Shown here piece after piece: positions 1-12,391 of a DNA stretch of 64,000 nucleotides. Origin of the DNA: Eledone cirrhosa (Eukaryota); NCBI GenBank assembly GCA_964016885.1, contig OZ024741.1, forward strand, positions 339,202,001 through 339,266,000. Direction: 5' to 3'. Under the pieces are notes generated by a model. The model saw only the letters and a list, made by a program, of their open reading frames with translations. It was not told where the DNA came from and made no database searches. Position numbers and translations under genes: made by a program. Position 1 is the stretch's first letter. Every line of letters starts with the position of its first letter.

Positions 1-21
1 ACTATTTGAATACCCTTTCCA

Positions 22-81
<60 letters not shown>

Positions 82-270
82 GATAAATCTACCAAAATGT
101 ACGGTAGTGTCCAATCCGTATGAAGAACTTAATGTAATCCGAATATCATGAAAAGAGAAGATGTATTCAAAAATTTTTTTTTGATGAAAAACACAGGAAA
201 ACAGAGTCAAGATAAATTAATAAAAATAATGAATAAAAACAAAGAAACAGTTCCTTATATTAAAACATTC

Positions 271-409
271 ATCATTTTACGATCGTTTCTAGGATATATA
301 TGTGTGTGTGTTGGTATGTATATCATATAGATCTATGTAAAATTTTTACAAACTATCATTGCGAATATACATACCTACACATATATATGCTGTCTTCAGA
401 AATAATGAT
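271..409 (-). ncRNA. Type I hammerhead ribozyme motif with ~100-nt stem II (PLE 3' pLTR)
   Basis: Minus strand reads AUCAUUAUUU-CUGAAGA-[long hairpin with AUAUAUAUGUGU/ACACAUAUAUAU and GGUAUGUAUAU/AUAUACAUACC]-GAAAC-GAUC-GUA-AAAUGAU. Confidence 0.7.
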
Positions 410-1138
410 ATTTGTTTATTGAAAAAATCCAACAAAGATTTAATATAATAGGTCTGTTTGGGAACAGGTTTTGAATTGACCAATAGAAAGGTAGTAAGTG
501 GTCAAGATGGTAGGATAGTAGTAATGGAACTTTAATTTAGGGGTAGAGAAAAGCAGATTTCAGTTTTGAATGGAAAGAGTATAATGAATGAAAATATTAT
601 TTTGGGGACGAAAATAGGTCAAGTCGGTAAAAGGTACACGAAAATTTGATGTTATAAAAGAATAATGCTAATATAAATATCTAAGGAGAATAAAATTATA
701 CGATAAATGTGTTAGTGAAAAATATCAATCTTATTTAAAACATAAGGAATTTACATCTATAAAAAGAAAATAAATTAATTAAATTGATAGGTATATTTAT
801 ATTGATAAATTTATATTAATTCATATAGATATGATAAATAAGAGTTAGATGTAATTGGAGAATGCTGTTAAAAACGAAGGGAAAATAAAAAAAAAAAAAA
901 TTATTGGGGGGGGGGGGTAAATTTATTAGTGAGAAATAACAAATTTATATAGATTATAAGGAATATAGATTCATAACCTTAAATTAAAATAGTTTATATG
1001 TATACTTATTGGTATAAATTTTAGGAAAAGATAGCTGTAAAAGGGAAATAAAATTATGCAGTTCACTAGTAGTAGAATATTAATTATAGGTTAACTAATT
1101 TAAAAAAAGTGTTATTATAATAATTTGTAAAGTGTATA

Positions 1139-2762
1139 TTAATTAGGTTTATAATATTTAAAAGTTCTTCTCAATTTATGATTACATGATATAATTAATT
1201 CCTGTCGCTTATTTAATAGGATATCCTTAGATTTCATTATTTCAAAAAGTTCCTGGGAACATAATCTACATTCATATCTATTATTTTGTTAAGGGGTGGC
1301 CCTTTTGAGTACACTCCAGGTCAGGTTATAATCTATATTCCTTTTTCTATAATTATTAACTATTTCAGCTAAGGATGTTGTATTAGCTAATGCGGCATTT
1401 TTAAAACTGTGTTTGTGGGTATTAAATCTTACTTTAAAATGGTTAGAAGTAGCTCCTATATATGAATAAGTTGAGTCCTTAGTGTTAATTTTACATTTAT
1501 ATACTATGTTATTAATAAGGCAATTTCCTTTTAATGGGCAATTTGCTTTGTTTCTACAGTTACAACCTTTCGTGAATGCTGTATCAGAGGAAATAGTCAA
1601 ATTAGGTGTGGAATTTTCACGACTTGTTGTATGTGAATGAGATGGTGGTTTGCTGTGGTTTATTTTAGTATTATGGTTAGTTTGATGTATTGGTGGTATA
1701 TTCATGGTTTTTTTTTTACATTTATATGCATTATAGGCACTTATATTTTGTTGTATATTTTTGGTTGTTGAGTAGGAGAATTTAACCGTTGATCTATTTA
1801 AAATGTGATGGTATTTATGGTTTGGCGGGAAGTTTTTCTCTAGGATAGTAAAATTTTTTTTAGGTATATTATCTTTAATTTGTAGATTAAATGGAGCATT
1901 ATACCAAGTAACTCGTCTATTACGGTTTAGATGTTGTTTATTATTTTTATAGGATGTATCCTGATGTTTATTAAGAGAATTAGTATTAGTGATTTTATTA
2001 CACATATTTTTAGTTAGATTCATTGATTTAGGTGTTTTAGCCTGTTTATTAGGAATTTTGTTATTAACATATATTGGAGTATTAGGATGAATGGTTTTTT
2101 GAAAGTTACTATATTGTATATTAGAAGAGTTAGAGAAATTAGTTTTATGTTGGTATTTTTGGGTATAGTGTGAGTGGCATTTAGGTGTGTATATTTCATT
2201 TGGTGTTTGTTGGTAATATTGTGTTGTATGTTTGTATTGTTATTGGTACAAGGTATATATACTAATTTATTTTTGTGGCCGCTTCTAGCTAGAGCTTCGT
2301 TATAAAAGTTCGCATTTTTATCAAATATATCCTGGTTAGACGAAAGGTTAGAAATTCTGAGTGAGATATTATATGCTAGGTTTTTAAGGGTAGATTTAGG
2401 GTGATTAGATTGTGAGTGTATGTAATGTAAGTTTTGGTTAGGTTTATGGTAAGGTTGGTAGATACCCGTAGATAAGTCTAATGTTATATCAAGGAAATTA
2501 ACTACTTTACTTGTGTTTTCAAATGTAATGTCGAGACTATAATAGTCTTTGAGGAAAGTTCTAATAAGTTTTTTATTTTTTTCAATTTCTGATAGGCTAA
2601 GGTTATTGGAAAGAAGAAGGCAGTCGTCGCGATATAAACCACCTTTAAGGTGGGGAAAAGAAGCATTTATTTTAAATAGAAGAAAGAGGCACACAAGATC
2701 GGTAATTTGGGCAGAATCACTAGAGCCCATAGTAATGTCGAATAGATTACTATATGTGTTTC
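1139..2762 (-). pseudogene. PLE reverse transcriptase C-terminal half, Zn-finger linker and GIY-YIG endonuclease (disrupted)
   Basis: Motifs TMGSSDSAQITDLV, GGLYRDD, VNFLDITLDL, YQPYHKPN, CNCRNKANCPLKGNCL and IVYKC...YIGATSNHFKVRFNTH. Past a premature TAA at 1289 the frame continues ECRLCSQE...LLNKRQELIISCNH to a stop at 1139. Frameshift near 2020-2150. Confidence 0.9.
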
Positions 2763-3119
2763 CTTCTATAAGGCTTATATGCCCTTCCAAATCTGACATT
2801 GGCATCATTAGTAAAAAAAATTTAGATAAAGTCATCCCACAATTAAGAAAACATGTTAATTTACCACTCTGGGAAAACACATCCCAGGTAATTAACTGGT
2901 TTACTAATATTAGAAATAAATCTTCTGCTTCATTTCTACAATTCGATATAGATGCATATTATTCCTCTATATCACCTATACTCCTGAACAAAACCTTGAT
3001 ATTTGCCAAAAATAGATCAAACTTAACTATGGATGACATTAATATTATCATACATGATAGACAAACACTACTGGAATTTCAGAAAGAATACTGGACCAGA
3101 AACACATATAGTAATCTAT
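2763..3119 (+). pseudogene. Inverted upstream RT segment of the same PLE
   Basis: RLICPSKSDIG...FLQFDIDAYYSSIS...WTRNTYSNL joins the minus-strand NTYSNLFDITMG. A 21-nt sequence is duplicated in inverted orientation (3099-3119 vs 2742-2762). Confidence 0.85.
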
Positions 3120-3147
3120 ACTACTTGTCTATACGACACTAATTCGG

Positions 3148-3202
3148 ACTGCCCGAAGAGGTCACAGCCAAAGATGGCTGTCACCGAAATATATATAGCA
3201 GT
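3148..3202 (+). ncRNA. Minimal type I hammerhead ribozyme motif (CCGAAGA variant)
   Basis: ACUGC-CCGAAGA-GGUcACAGCCA aaga UGGCUGUcACC-GAAAU-AUAU-AUA-GCAGU, followed immediately by AATAAA. Confidence 0.8.
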
Positions 3203-3494
3203 AATAAACGAAGCTAAATTTTAAACATTTGACTTTTTATTTTACTTTATATATATATATATGACTTGGCAAGCTATTTAGAACGCTGATTTAACCACTT
3301 TACTTCCCTCCGAAGAAGAGATATTATCTCGAAAATTAAGGAAATTTTAATAAATCTAAGGTAAAAGATTAATTGTCAACAATATCTTTTGCATTTGCAT
3401 TTATATTCTATATCCATACCTGCATTGTTTGGGCTTTACAAATACAAACGTTTATACCTCATTACACAATGCTTCAAGTGAACTATAACTTCCT

Positions 3495-3528
<34 letters not shown>

Positions 3529-3790
3529 ATTTTATTTTGTACATTTGCTTAACACGTGTGTTTGTTTATTTTATTTTTATTTGTCTTTCTCCTCTTTTGT
3601 ATCGCTGTCAACTTAATAATTTTTTTATTTTCTTACTTTTTATATTTGACTTTATTTTGATTTCATGTATATGTATTTTGTTTTAGCATTGTATGTGACG
3701 GCTTATTTCAGTATATGTATATGTTTGTTTATATGATATATGATAAAGAACACAAGAGCGTCTACAACATCAAAAGATTTTTTTTTATTG

Positions 3791-3835
3791 GCTTACAATG
3801 TTTCTTCCTTACGTAACCGTAGGATTCGTCAGAGC
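3791..3835 (-). ncRNA. Minimal type I hammerhead ribozyme motif
   Basis: Minus strand reads GCU-CUGACGA-aUCCUACG guua CGUAaGGAa-GAAAC-AUU-GUA-AGC, then cAATAAA. Confidence 0.75.
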
Positions 3836-4875
3836 TATAAAAGGGGTTTGATTGGTGTTATGGACTCTACCAACCAAACATTCAAGAACAAAGAGTAAAG
3901 AGAGTAAAGAGCAAAAGTAGGGGACGATAAGTCTAATTTTGGTGCGGGAGGGTGGGTGTGGGTCCTTGTTTACTAGCTGTGGTCATATTCATTCCCGGGA
4001 GTCGAGTGGTTAGTTGAGCCATAGATGGGGTGGCGTCGATAGTAGGGTGCAGAGGGTGTGCAGAGGCTACACACACACAAAGGGCATACAATATATATAT
4101 GACGGAGGAGAAAGTACATGAGGTAATTAGAAATGGAAAAAGAGTAATAATAATAATCTATAATTAATAATGTATAATAAGGCATGGGGAAGATTACACT
4201 ATAATAAGGTATAAAAGTAAGAATAAGGTAAAATATAAAGGAGGATAAAATTGAAAATAAGAATAAAGTTAAAAAATATATATATAAAAAAATATATAGA
4301 GAATATATAAAGAAATATAAGCAAGTATTAGAAAGGGAAAAACACAATGTAAAAAAAACGATTTTTTCAAATAAAAAAATTATAAATATGGGGGGAGAAA
4401 ACGGGATAGAGAAATATAATCAAATGTGATTAGTTGAGAGAATATAAGATGATAATAGTTATGTCAAGTTTATACATCTTAATAATAAATAATCTGTATA
4501 TCAGAGTTACACAACCTTCAATTCACTTGCAGGTTCAAACCACGTGGCATAGTCCATTGTTCATCTGTGCGGTCATGTGCGTTTGTTTTTGACACCATAG
4601 CAGATACACAAGTTCGTAAATTCCAATGCAGATAGAAATCTATTTTTGCTCACCCAGACATTGACGGAGGATCCAATATTCCTAGTTCAATATGTGTGTG
4701 GTGTTATTTTGGTCGCACAAATCAATCACTTGGTTCAATATTATGGAGTATGGTTTTCTGGTCTTCGTAACAGTGTCAGTGGTTGTATATCTCGAAATCA
4801 CAAGGACACAGTACTCCGGTTTGGTGTGATTATCTATTATATGTTTGTTTATTGATTATTATTTATTCTTATAAT

Positions 4876-4954
<79 letters not shown>

Positions 4955-5516
4955 GTGTGTGTGCGTATGTATGTGTGTATATATATGTATGTATGTGTGT
5001 GTGTATATATATATCACCTTGATCACCTTGACCGACCAGTCTGTCGGAGGCCAATCGGCGCCGCTGGTCACAGCACGTTGTGCTGTTTTAGCCATAAGAT
5101 AACGCCATCCCACTGGCTGGGCGGGGAGGCCGATATATATATATATATACGATGACATGGCCGTCTCCAAAAAAAAAACGTTTAAGTGAAATGCTCACAA
5201 TTTAGATGGTGCCATGTGAATAGCGAAAGACATAAGAAGCGTAAATGAGGTGTAACAATAGACTAGCACACAGACGAGATTTTAAGGAGTAGATAAGCTT
5301 CAAGTTAGTTGTTCATATGTGATATGCCATCAGCTAGGTGCCGTTTCAATTCCTGCTTAAAACTCCTAGTTTTGCCGAAGAAATTAATATTACATTATTA
5401 TCTAAATCTAATTTTCTCAGACACCAAAAAGGCAGCCAAGTAGAATTTTGTCTATACAGGTGATATTTCTGTATATAAGTGTATATTTGTTTTTTGAACA
5501 CACACACACAAACAGA

Positions 5517-5606
<90 letters not shown>

Positions 5607-7032
5607 GTGTTTGTACATGTATATCTATGTATATATATATATATATATACATAGATATACATGTACACACACACACATATATATATACATATATATATAT
5701 TTGTGTGTGTGTGTATATGCATAATTATATATATGCATATATGTATGTATATGCATATATATATGAGTATGTGTGCACATGCATATATATGTATGTGTGT
5801 GTGTGTGTGTGTATATATATGTGAGTGTATATATATATATATGTATTTATAATAAAAGTAACGAAGATCGCTGGTATAATTTGAGCGTCCTCCGACCAGC
5901 GTTTAGCTCACTCAATGAATGTGGCGAATTGCAGTAATGCAGCTGCAATCAACTGTTCAAAGTGCCCACATTTAGTTTATAGCAGATACATTGGCTGTGT
6001 TTAGGTAGAAATACAAGTAAATATCTCATCTCCTGGACAACGTTGTTTCTGTGTAATATAACTTCGCAAATGCAGATATTACGTCCGCAATGTTCAGAAA
6101 ATCACGCAATATCAGCGAATAGTTACGTAATCGCGCTATTAAACGTTTTCAGCAGGTTGCCCAAATCATACGATAGGTCTATACAGTGTTAGTTAGCCAT
6201 CACTACTGGATAAGCTATCCAGCAGTTCACGCCATTCCCTCACTTTGTCTCTAATGAAAAGAGGAAGATTCTAGCGCAGACTAAAACGAGTAGTTTGGTG
6301 GTTGAGTTCAAACAAAGGAATTCGAGCCAAAACAAAGCACTCAACCGGCCTCTAGCATATGTGCATACATACACAACGAGGTCCATACATATATACATAT
6401 ATATATACAAACAAATAACATCTGATTTGTGATACAATGTCGAATATTCAATACTCAAAATTAAATATTAGGAAACACAATCAAGAAATATTGAAACGTC
6501 TAACCTTATACAGGAGTTACACACACACACACACACACACATACATATATATATAAGTATATTTCATTTTAATCAAGGTTGTAGTTCCTGTCTGTTTGTT
6601 TGTTTGTTTGTTTGTTCACGAACTCCTCCTATGGTTTTGGAGATAGACCCCTATAACCATTTATATTCTGAAACTACATTGCCCAGGGTACTTGGATAAG
6701 TATATTTCATTTTAATCAAAGGGTTCCCCGGAGGCACAAACCTCCGCTGAAAACTTTTTATATTCGATTTATATGAAATCTAAACCATAGGTAAATGACA
6801 AGATATGATGCCTATTCACAAAATTTCAGTAAATTTCAATAATATTAAGACACCCTAATGGGGGTTAAACTCCCTATAGTGAAAGTAGTCCCTATCTCTT
6901 TGTTCTTTTGTTTGTTTGTTCAGGAACTCCTCCTATGGTTTTGGAGATAGACATCCCATAACTACATATATATGGGAGTGCTGTGTATATATAGATTTAT
7001 ATATATGCATACATAACATGTTTTCAACTTGA

Positions 7033-7090
<58 letters not shown>

Positions 7091-7104
7091 TGTATATATA
7101 TATA

Positions 7105-7294
7105 GGAAAAGGTTCAGGACCCCGACGGCAGAGCTCAAGCCGTTTCGACGGCTATTTCTGTGTCCAGAAATAGCAGTCGAAACGGCTTTAGCTCTGGAGG
7201 TTCTGAACCTTTTCCTATTACCCACTCTACTACCCAAAGAATCGAGTACTCTGGTGCGTTATGGTCCAACTTATTCCCTACCACACTTCCTTCG

Positions 7295-7296
<2 letters not shown>
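7105..7296 (+). mobile_element. Fold-back half-hammerhead element, family A copy 1
   Basis: Asymmetric palindrome centred at 7161-7164, flanked by (TA)n. Homologous to 8615-8816 and 49508-49707. Confidence 0.7.
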
Positions 7297-7365
<69 letters not shown>

Positions 7366-7370
<5 letters not shown>

Positions 7371-7745
7371 ACAGGGAAAAAGAGACGATTATGAGGAAGA
7401 AAAATATTGTTTTTTCATTTTTTGTTTCTCTCTCTCTTTTTTCTGGGTTAGAAAATGATTAAAACGAGATGTTTTACTTTATGCGAAGTGTTAAGCTATG
7501 CACGTGTTTTTTTCCTTTTTCTTTTTTATTTTCACTTCTTAAACCTTGTTTGTAAATCACATTATTCTTTCTGTACCTTCTGTTTAACATGTGCGACACC
7601 ACACTAATACATTTCACTATCATTTGATAATGCATATAAATGCTGAAACCGGTAATAGACAATAATTAAATATATAAATAGATAAATAAATGCCATTGTT
7701 AAAAAAAATTTTCTTCCTCATAATCGTCTCTTTCTCCGTTTTCAT
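7366..7745. mobile_element. (TA)n-flanked element with ~40-bp inverted ends and a degenerate HHR (7617-7658, +)
   Basis: GAAAAC...GAGACGATTATGAGGAAGAAAA at the left end versus TTTTCTTCCTCATAATCGTCTC...GTTTTC at the right end. Internal TTGATAA-tGCAT ataa ATGCt-GAAAC-CG-GTA. Confidence 0.5.
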
Positions 7746-7756
7746 ATATATATATA

Positions 7757-7789
7757 TCCTAACTCGTGTGCTTCCTCTCCACATTTTAT

Positions 7790-7827
<38 letters not shown>

Positions 7828-7904
7828 ATAAAATGTGGAGAGGAAGCACACGAGTTAGGATATATATATATATATCCTAACTCGTGTGCTTCCTCTCCAC
7901 ATTT

Positions 7905-7908
<4 letters not shown>
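7757..7908. repeat. Three 34-bp copies in alternating orientation separated by (TA)n
   Basis: TCCTAACTCGTGTGCTTCCTCTCCACATTTTATT at 7757 (+), 7827 (-) and 7875 (+). Confidence 0.9.
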
Positions 7909-7963
<55 letters not shown>

Positions 7964-8388
7964 TTATATATTGTTTTGCAAGGATTTTGATATGAAATCG
8001 TGTGTCGAAACAAGTATTGTTATATTTGGGGAGGGTCATATTGTTGTAATAATATATATATTAAAAATACAAAAAAAAAAAACATTACTGACCTAAAGGA
8101 AATATAAATAAATAAATATATACACAAGTACAATAACGACACACACGTATAAACACACACTAGTGAACAAAGATAGAATACAAAAACAAAAACACATACA
8201 CTCAAACGCGAACACACACCAAACACTATGCACACACGCAAACGCATGCGCAGAGTCAGAGACAGGAATAAATAAATAAAATAAATAAAATAAATAAAAA
8301 TAAAAATGGCGTAAACATGCAATACAACAGGAGCAAACATAATAGTACCACTGATGATGTTGCAGATGTGCAACGAAAGAACTTTGAT

Positions 8389-8435
<47 letters not shown>

Positions 8436-8614
8436 GTATTTTTAACCGCTGGTCAGTCAATGATAAACATTGATTGCCAAATAAATTAATTATGGAGATA
8501 TAAAAGATACAGAAGCGAAGACCAACCAAACAGCGAGTGTGTTCTGTTATTATTTCTGGCAATATTACAACAATATGACCCTCCCCAAGTATAACAATAT
8601 ATATATATATATAT

Positions 8615-8816
8615 AACGAAGGAAATGTGGTAAGGAACCAGATGGACCATAACGCACCAAAGTACTCAATACTTAGGGTAGTAGAGTGGGTAATAGGAAC
8701 GAGTAGGACCCCGACGGCTGAGCTCAAGCGTTTCGACGGCTAATTCTGGACTAATTCAGTCCAGAATTAGCCGTCGAAACGGCTTGAGCTCAGCCGTCGG
8801 GGTCCTACTCGTTCCT
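8615..8816 (-). mobile_element. Fold-back half-hammerhead element, family A copy 2
   Basis: About 59-bp near-perfect inverted arms around 8753-8757, containing GAAACGGCTTGAGCTCAGCCGTC, plus an ~80-bp unpaired tail and (TA)n flanks. Confidence 0.75.
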
Positions 8817-9032
8817 ATATATATATATATAATTTGTTTGTTAAAATAATCAAATTAAATTAATTCAGCTGTTAAACAGACATAGAAATATTAAGGTTGT
8901 TACCATAGAGCCAGAAGGTTGACAAGTCGACCCTAAATATGACTAATAGCTCGAGGAAATCTATGGATGACACCACATCTTTTTAACTTTGATTTTGAAA
9001 GGTTTATAATAATTAATTTTCATTATACATAC

Positions 9033-9136
9033 GTAGCTGTCTCGGCGGTCTAGGTGGAGGCATCATAGACGGTGGTGATACTGGTCTGAAGTTCGATCGG
9101 GAGTAGGCTTCCCGGTAAACCTTTTCAGTTTTTTTT
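9033..9136 (-). CDS. Candidate coding exon (Pro-rich, cytoplasmic-like)
   Basis: Pyrimidine tract plus AG acceptor and GTATGT donor. Open frame KKTEKVYREAYSRSNFRPVSPPSMMPPPRPPRQL. No homology recognised. Confidence 0.3.
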
Positions 9137-9581
9137 CTATGGGATGTAAAATAAAAACTGAAAAAGATTGAAACCAAGAGCAGGGCTTCCACCGTCTTTT
9201 GTTCCTTCCGCTTGTCCATTGAGTCAGATACGAAAATCTATTGAAAATTGATCCTTATAAACCTACTTTCAAAATGTTCAAAACAATATGATATGGTGTT
9301 GTTCATGCCTTTCTTAATGTTATTGCTCCTACTTAAGGTCGACTTCTAAATCATTTGGGTGTTCCGTAAACTACATCCTCCTTTTGTATAATTTTTTCCT
9401 GATATGCTGGTAGACAAACGAGCTGGCCAGATTGATGACCTCCAGTCATATGATATATATATATATATATAAGCAAAAGGGATATTTAATTTGTTGGTAA
9501 TTCAACAAATATAAATCTTTATAACTGATTCAAAGCACTCGACAAGTTTTCTGGAGTATAATATTCAATGATATTAAATAA

Positions 9582-9646
<65 letters not shown>

Positions 9647-9902
9647 AACATTAAGTCAGGTGGGGTGCAGACTATTTGGCGCCCCCCGCTCCTCGTTAAA
9701 TATCAATTTCAAAATTTATTAACAATAAATCAAAAAATAAATTAAAACCTTTGAGCATAGATCAAGGGTAATTTAAAAAAAAATTACCTCTCTGTTTTCC
9801 AGTGCTCCACACGATATTGTTATCTTTTACTCTGGCATCGGTTCGTTTGTCCATTCCATTCGCCTGCCTTTTGTTGTATGTCTTCCTAAATGTGTGTATT
9901 AC

Positions 9903-10044
9903 CTGCTTGTGGGTTTTTTTCCTTTCCAGTTTCTTTTTATTTGTAATATTATGATGACGGTTATGCTGACAAATAAAATTGGTTTTCTTTCAACTATGAC
10001 GAGGTGTGCGAGAAAAATAACTAGGTGCCCCAGCATGGCCTCAG
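9903..10044 (-). CDS. Candidate exon encoding a hydrophobic segment plus basic stretch
   Basis: CCAG acceptor and AG|GTAAT donor. Encodes EAMLGHLVIFLAHLVIVERKPILFVSITVIIILQIKRNWKGKKPTS. Its phase-2 end is compatible with exon 9033-9136. Confidence 0.25.
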
Positions 10045-10574
10045 CTGGATGGTTGGAATAAATAAAAAAGTAAAAAATAACTAAAGTATTTAAAAAAAAA
10101 AAAATTACATTACTACTATGATGCAATAAAGAATTATGGCCGAGGGTTCTTATACCTACTCTTCCCTCTCCCTCACTACATTTCTCTCTACTATCCCATC
10201 TCTCTCTCCAGTTCCCACTCTCTCTCTCTTTCCTTCCCGCTCTCTCTTCAGTTCTCACTCTCTCTCTTCCCTTCCCCCTCTCTCTATCTCTTTCATTCTT
10301 TCTCTCTCTCCCCACTTCTCTCCCTTTCACCACTTCTTTCTCTCTCTCTTTGTCCCTCCCACTCTCTTTCTTATTCTGTCTTTCCACACTTCTCTCTCTC
10401 CATCTCCACTTCTGTCTGTCTGTCTCTCTCTCTCTCTTTCTTAGTCAATCCCAATCTCTTTTTCTCTCTCTCTCTCTCTTACTCACTTCTCTAAATCCCC
10501 CCACACCATCATTCTCACCGTGCCATTATGGTTTCTTGCATATCATTTGCATATCATTATTTATTTGATTTAAA

Positions 10575-10767
10575 GGGCGGTGGATTGGCAGTATCGGTAG
10601 AGGGTCGGACGCCATGCTTTGACGCATAGAGTTACGGCCCTTGCCATTCTGAGTTCAAATCCCGCCGAGGTTGACTTTGCCTTTCATCCTTACGGGGTCG
10701 ATAAAATAAAGTACCAGTAATACACTGGGTAATTGCTGGCCTTGTGCCAATGGTAGAAACAATTATT
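10575..10767 (+). mobile_element. Full-length tRNA-derived SINE with Nin/Deu-like core
   Basis: A-box-like TGGCAGTATCGG, B-box GAGTTCAAATCCC and core GACTTTGCCTTTCATCCTTACGGGGTCGATAAAATAAAGTACC. 17-bp TSD ATTATTTATTTGATTTA (10556-10572 and 10762-10778). Confidence 0.9.
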
Positions 10768-11269
10768 TATTTGATTTACTTAGAGAATCTGGACATTTCC
10801 TTTAAAACAAAGAACTGTCAGCAACAACTGGAGTTGTTAGTGAGTATGGTGTTGGTGGCAGTGGTGGTGGTAGTAGTGGTGATGGTTTTGTTGTTGGTGG
10901 TGTTGGTGGTATTGTTGGTGGTGTTGATGGTGGTATTGTTATTGTTCATGTTATTGTGCTGTATATTTGGAGAGAGAGAGAAAGAGAAAGAGAGAGGGAG
11001 AGAGAGAGAGAGAGCAAAGACATTTATAAGGTGTTGGATTGTGGTGATGAGGGTGATGATGGTAATGATGATGGTGGTGGGAATGTTCATGATGATGGTG
11101 ATGGTGTTGGTAGTGATAATGGTGGTGTTGATGATGATAGAGACTAAAAGAAACATTTAAAAGATCGTTAACAAAAGCGCTGGATGGGTGATACAACATC
11201 ATCAACAACAATAATAATAAAAAGATAGCACTTCTAGGCACTGCACACATATTATGAAAAGTACTATCA

Positions 11270-11362
11270 ATACAATAGAAACAACATCAGCAATACAATA
11301 GAAACAACATCAGCAATACAATAGAAACAACATCAGCAATACAATAGAAACAACATCAGCAA
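11270..11362 (+). repeat. 23-bp tandem repeat x4
   Basis: (AATACAATAGAAACAACATCAGC)4. Confidence 0.9.
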
Positions 11363-11459
11363 AAACACCACTGCACATACCCAAGGCACACAGAGCTGTG
11401 CTCGCTAAAGCAGTAATGATGCACAATAAAAATAATAATGGAAATAATAATAATAATAA

Positions 11460-11850
11460 TAATGATTTCTTTATTGGCCACAAGGGCTGACATCAAGAAA
11501 AACATTACAGACGGTACAGGACGGTACAGGACGGTACGATGTGGGTTTTGTGCGTGTAAAGATTTTTAATATTTATATAAGAAACGAAAAAGAAAAAAAC
11601 ATAGAAACATATATATATATATAAACAATAAAAATAATAATTGTTTCTACTTTTGGCACAAGGCCAGCAAATACCCAGTACATTACTGGTACTTTATTTT
11701 ATCGACTCCGTAAGGATGAAAGGCAAAGTTAACCTCGGCGGGATTTGAACTCAGACCGTAAAGGGACGTAACTCTTTTTTGCTAATAATGATGATGAGTT
11801 CATTTATTGGCCACAAGGGCCAACATGTAGAGGACAATAATATAATAGTC
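11460..11850 (-). mobile_element. Tx1-like LINE 3' end fragments interleaved with a SINE piece
   Basis: ATTTCTTTATTGGCCACAAGGGCTGACATCAAGAAAAACATTACAGACGG is the reverse complement of the LINE end at about 20640-20690. SINE core at 11640-11775. Confidence 0.8.
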
Positions 11851-12390
11851 AATGTTTAAGGCTGTATTGAAGGAGGAGACAATAGACCAGACTTTAGAGA
11901 TCTGCAGACATGTGACTGGTTAAAGAAAGGGGACCTTAAGAAAGCTACAGAGGGAATGCTACTGGCTGCACAGGAGCAAGCTCTTGAAAGGAAGTGGATG
12001 GAACACCATATTGATAAGGAGGAAGCTAACCTGCTCTGTAGGATCTGTGGAGGGAGAGAGGAAACTGTGGCTCACATCATATCCAAGTGTAAACTCCTAG
12101 CCCAGACTCACTATAAAGGCATGATATAATAGGAAAGGTGATACACTGGCATTTATACAAACTAAATAATTTACTACATTCTGAAAAGTGGTATGAGCAT
12201 AAGCCAGAGTTGGTGATAGAAAATGATCGGGTGAAGGTACTGTGGGATTTCAGGATACAAACAAAGAATTAGGACACAATAGGCCTGACTTGGTGGTTTT
12301 TGACAAGGAAAAAAGATCGTGCCTGATTATAGATATAACTTATCCCTTTGACACAAGAGTGCACGAAAAGGAGGAGAAAGTTAAACGGTT
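11850..12390 (+). mobile_element. R4/Dong-clade non-LTR retrotransposon C-terminal remnant (CCHC finger plus RLE nuclease)
   Basis: Manual translation gives WLKKGDLKKATEGMLLAAQEQAL, CRICGGREETVAHIISKC, KWYEHKP, VLWDFRIQT and HNRPDLVVFDK...IID, with frameshifts. Confidence 0.8.
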
Positions 12391-12391
12391 T

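Larger units (their letters stand above)
79..3119 (-). mobile_element. Penelope-like retroelement (Neptune-like), 5'-truncated with an inverted 5' segment
   Basis: RT and GIY-YIG coding remnants, an AT-rich 3' UTR with a hammerhead motif at 271-409, and termination at the (TA)n tract 27-78. Confidence 0.88.

Noticed and set aside
4540-4800. Degenerate GIY-YIG-like peptide (KFQC...YFGRTNQSL)
   Set aside because: Too decayed and frameshifted to call without an alignment.
9788-9886. Exon-like segment (AG...GTAA, minus strand)
   Set aside because: It is homologous to the CRE-like 3' UTR (44180-44270 and 52300-52395), it would need a ~17-nt intron, and its phase is incompatible with the neighbouring candidate exon.
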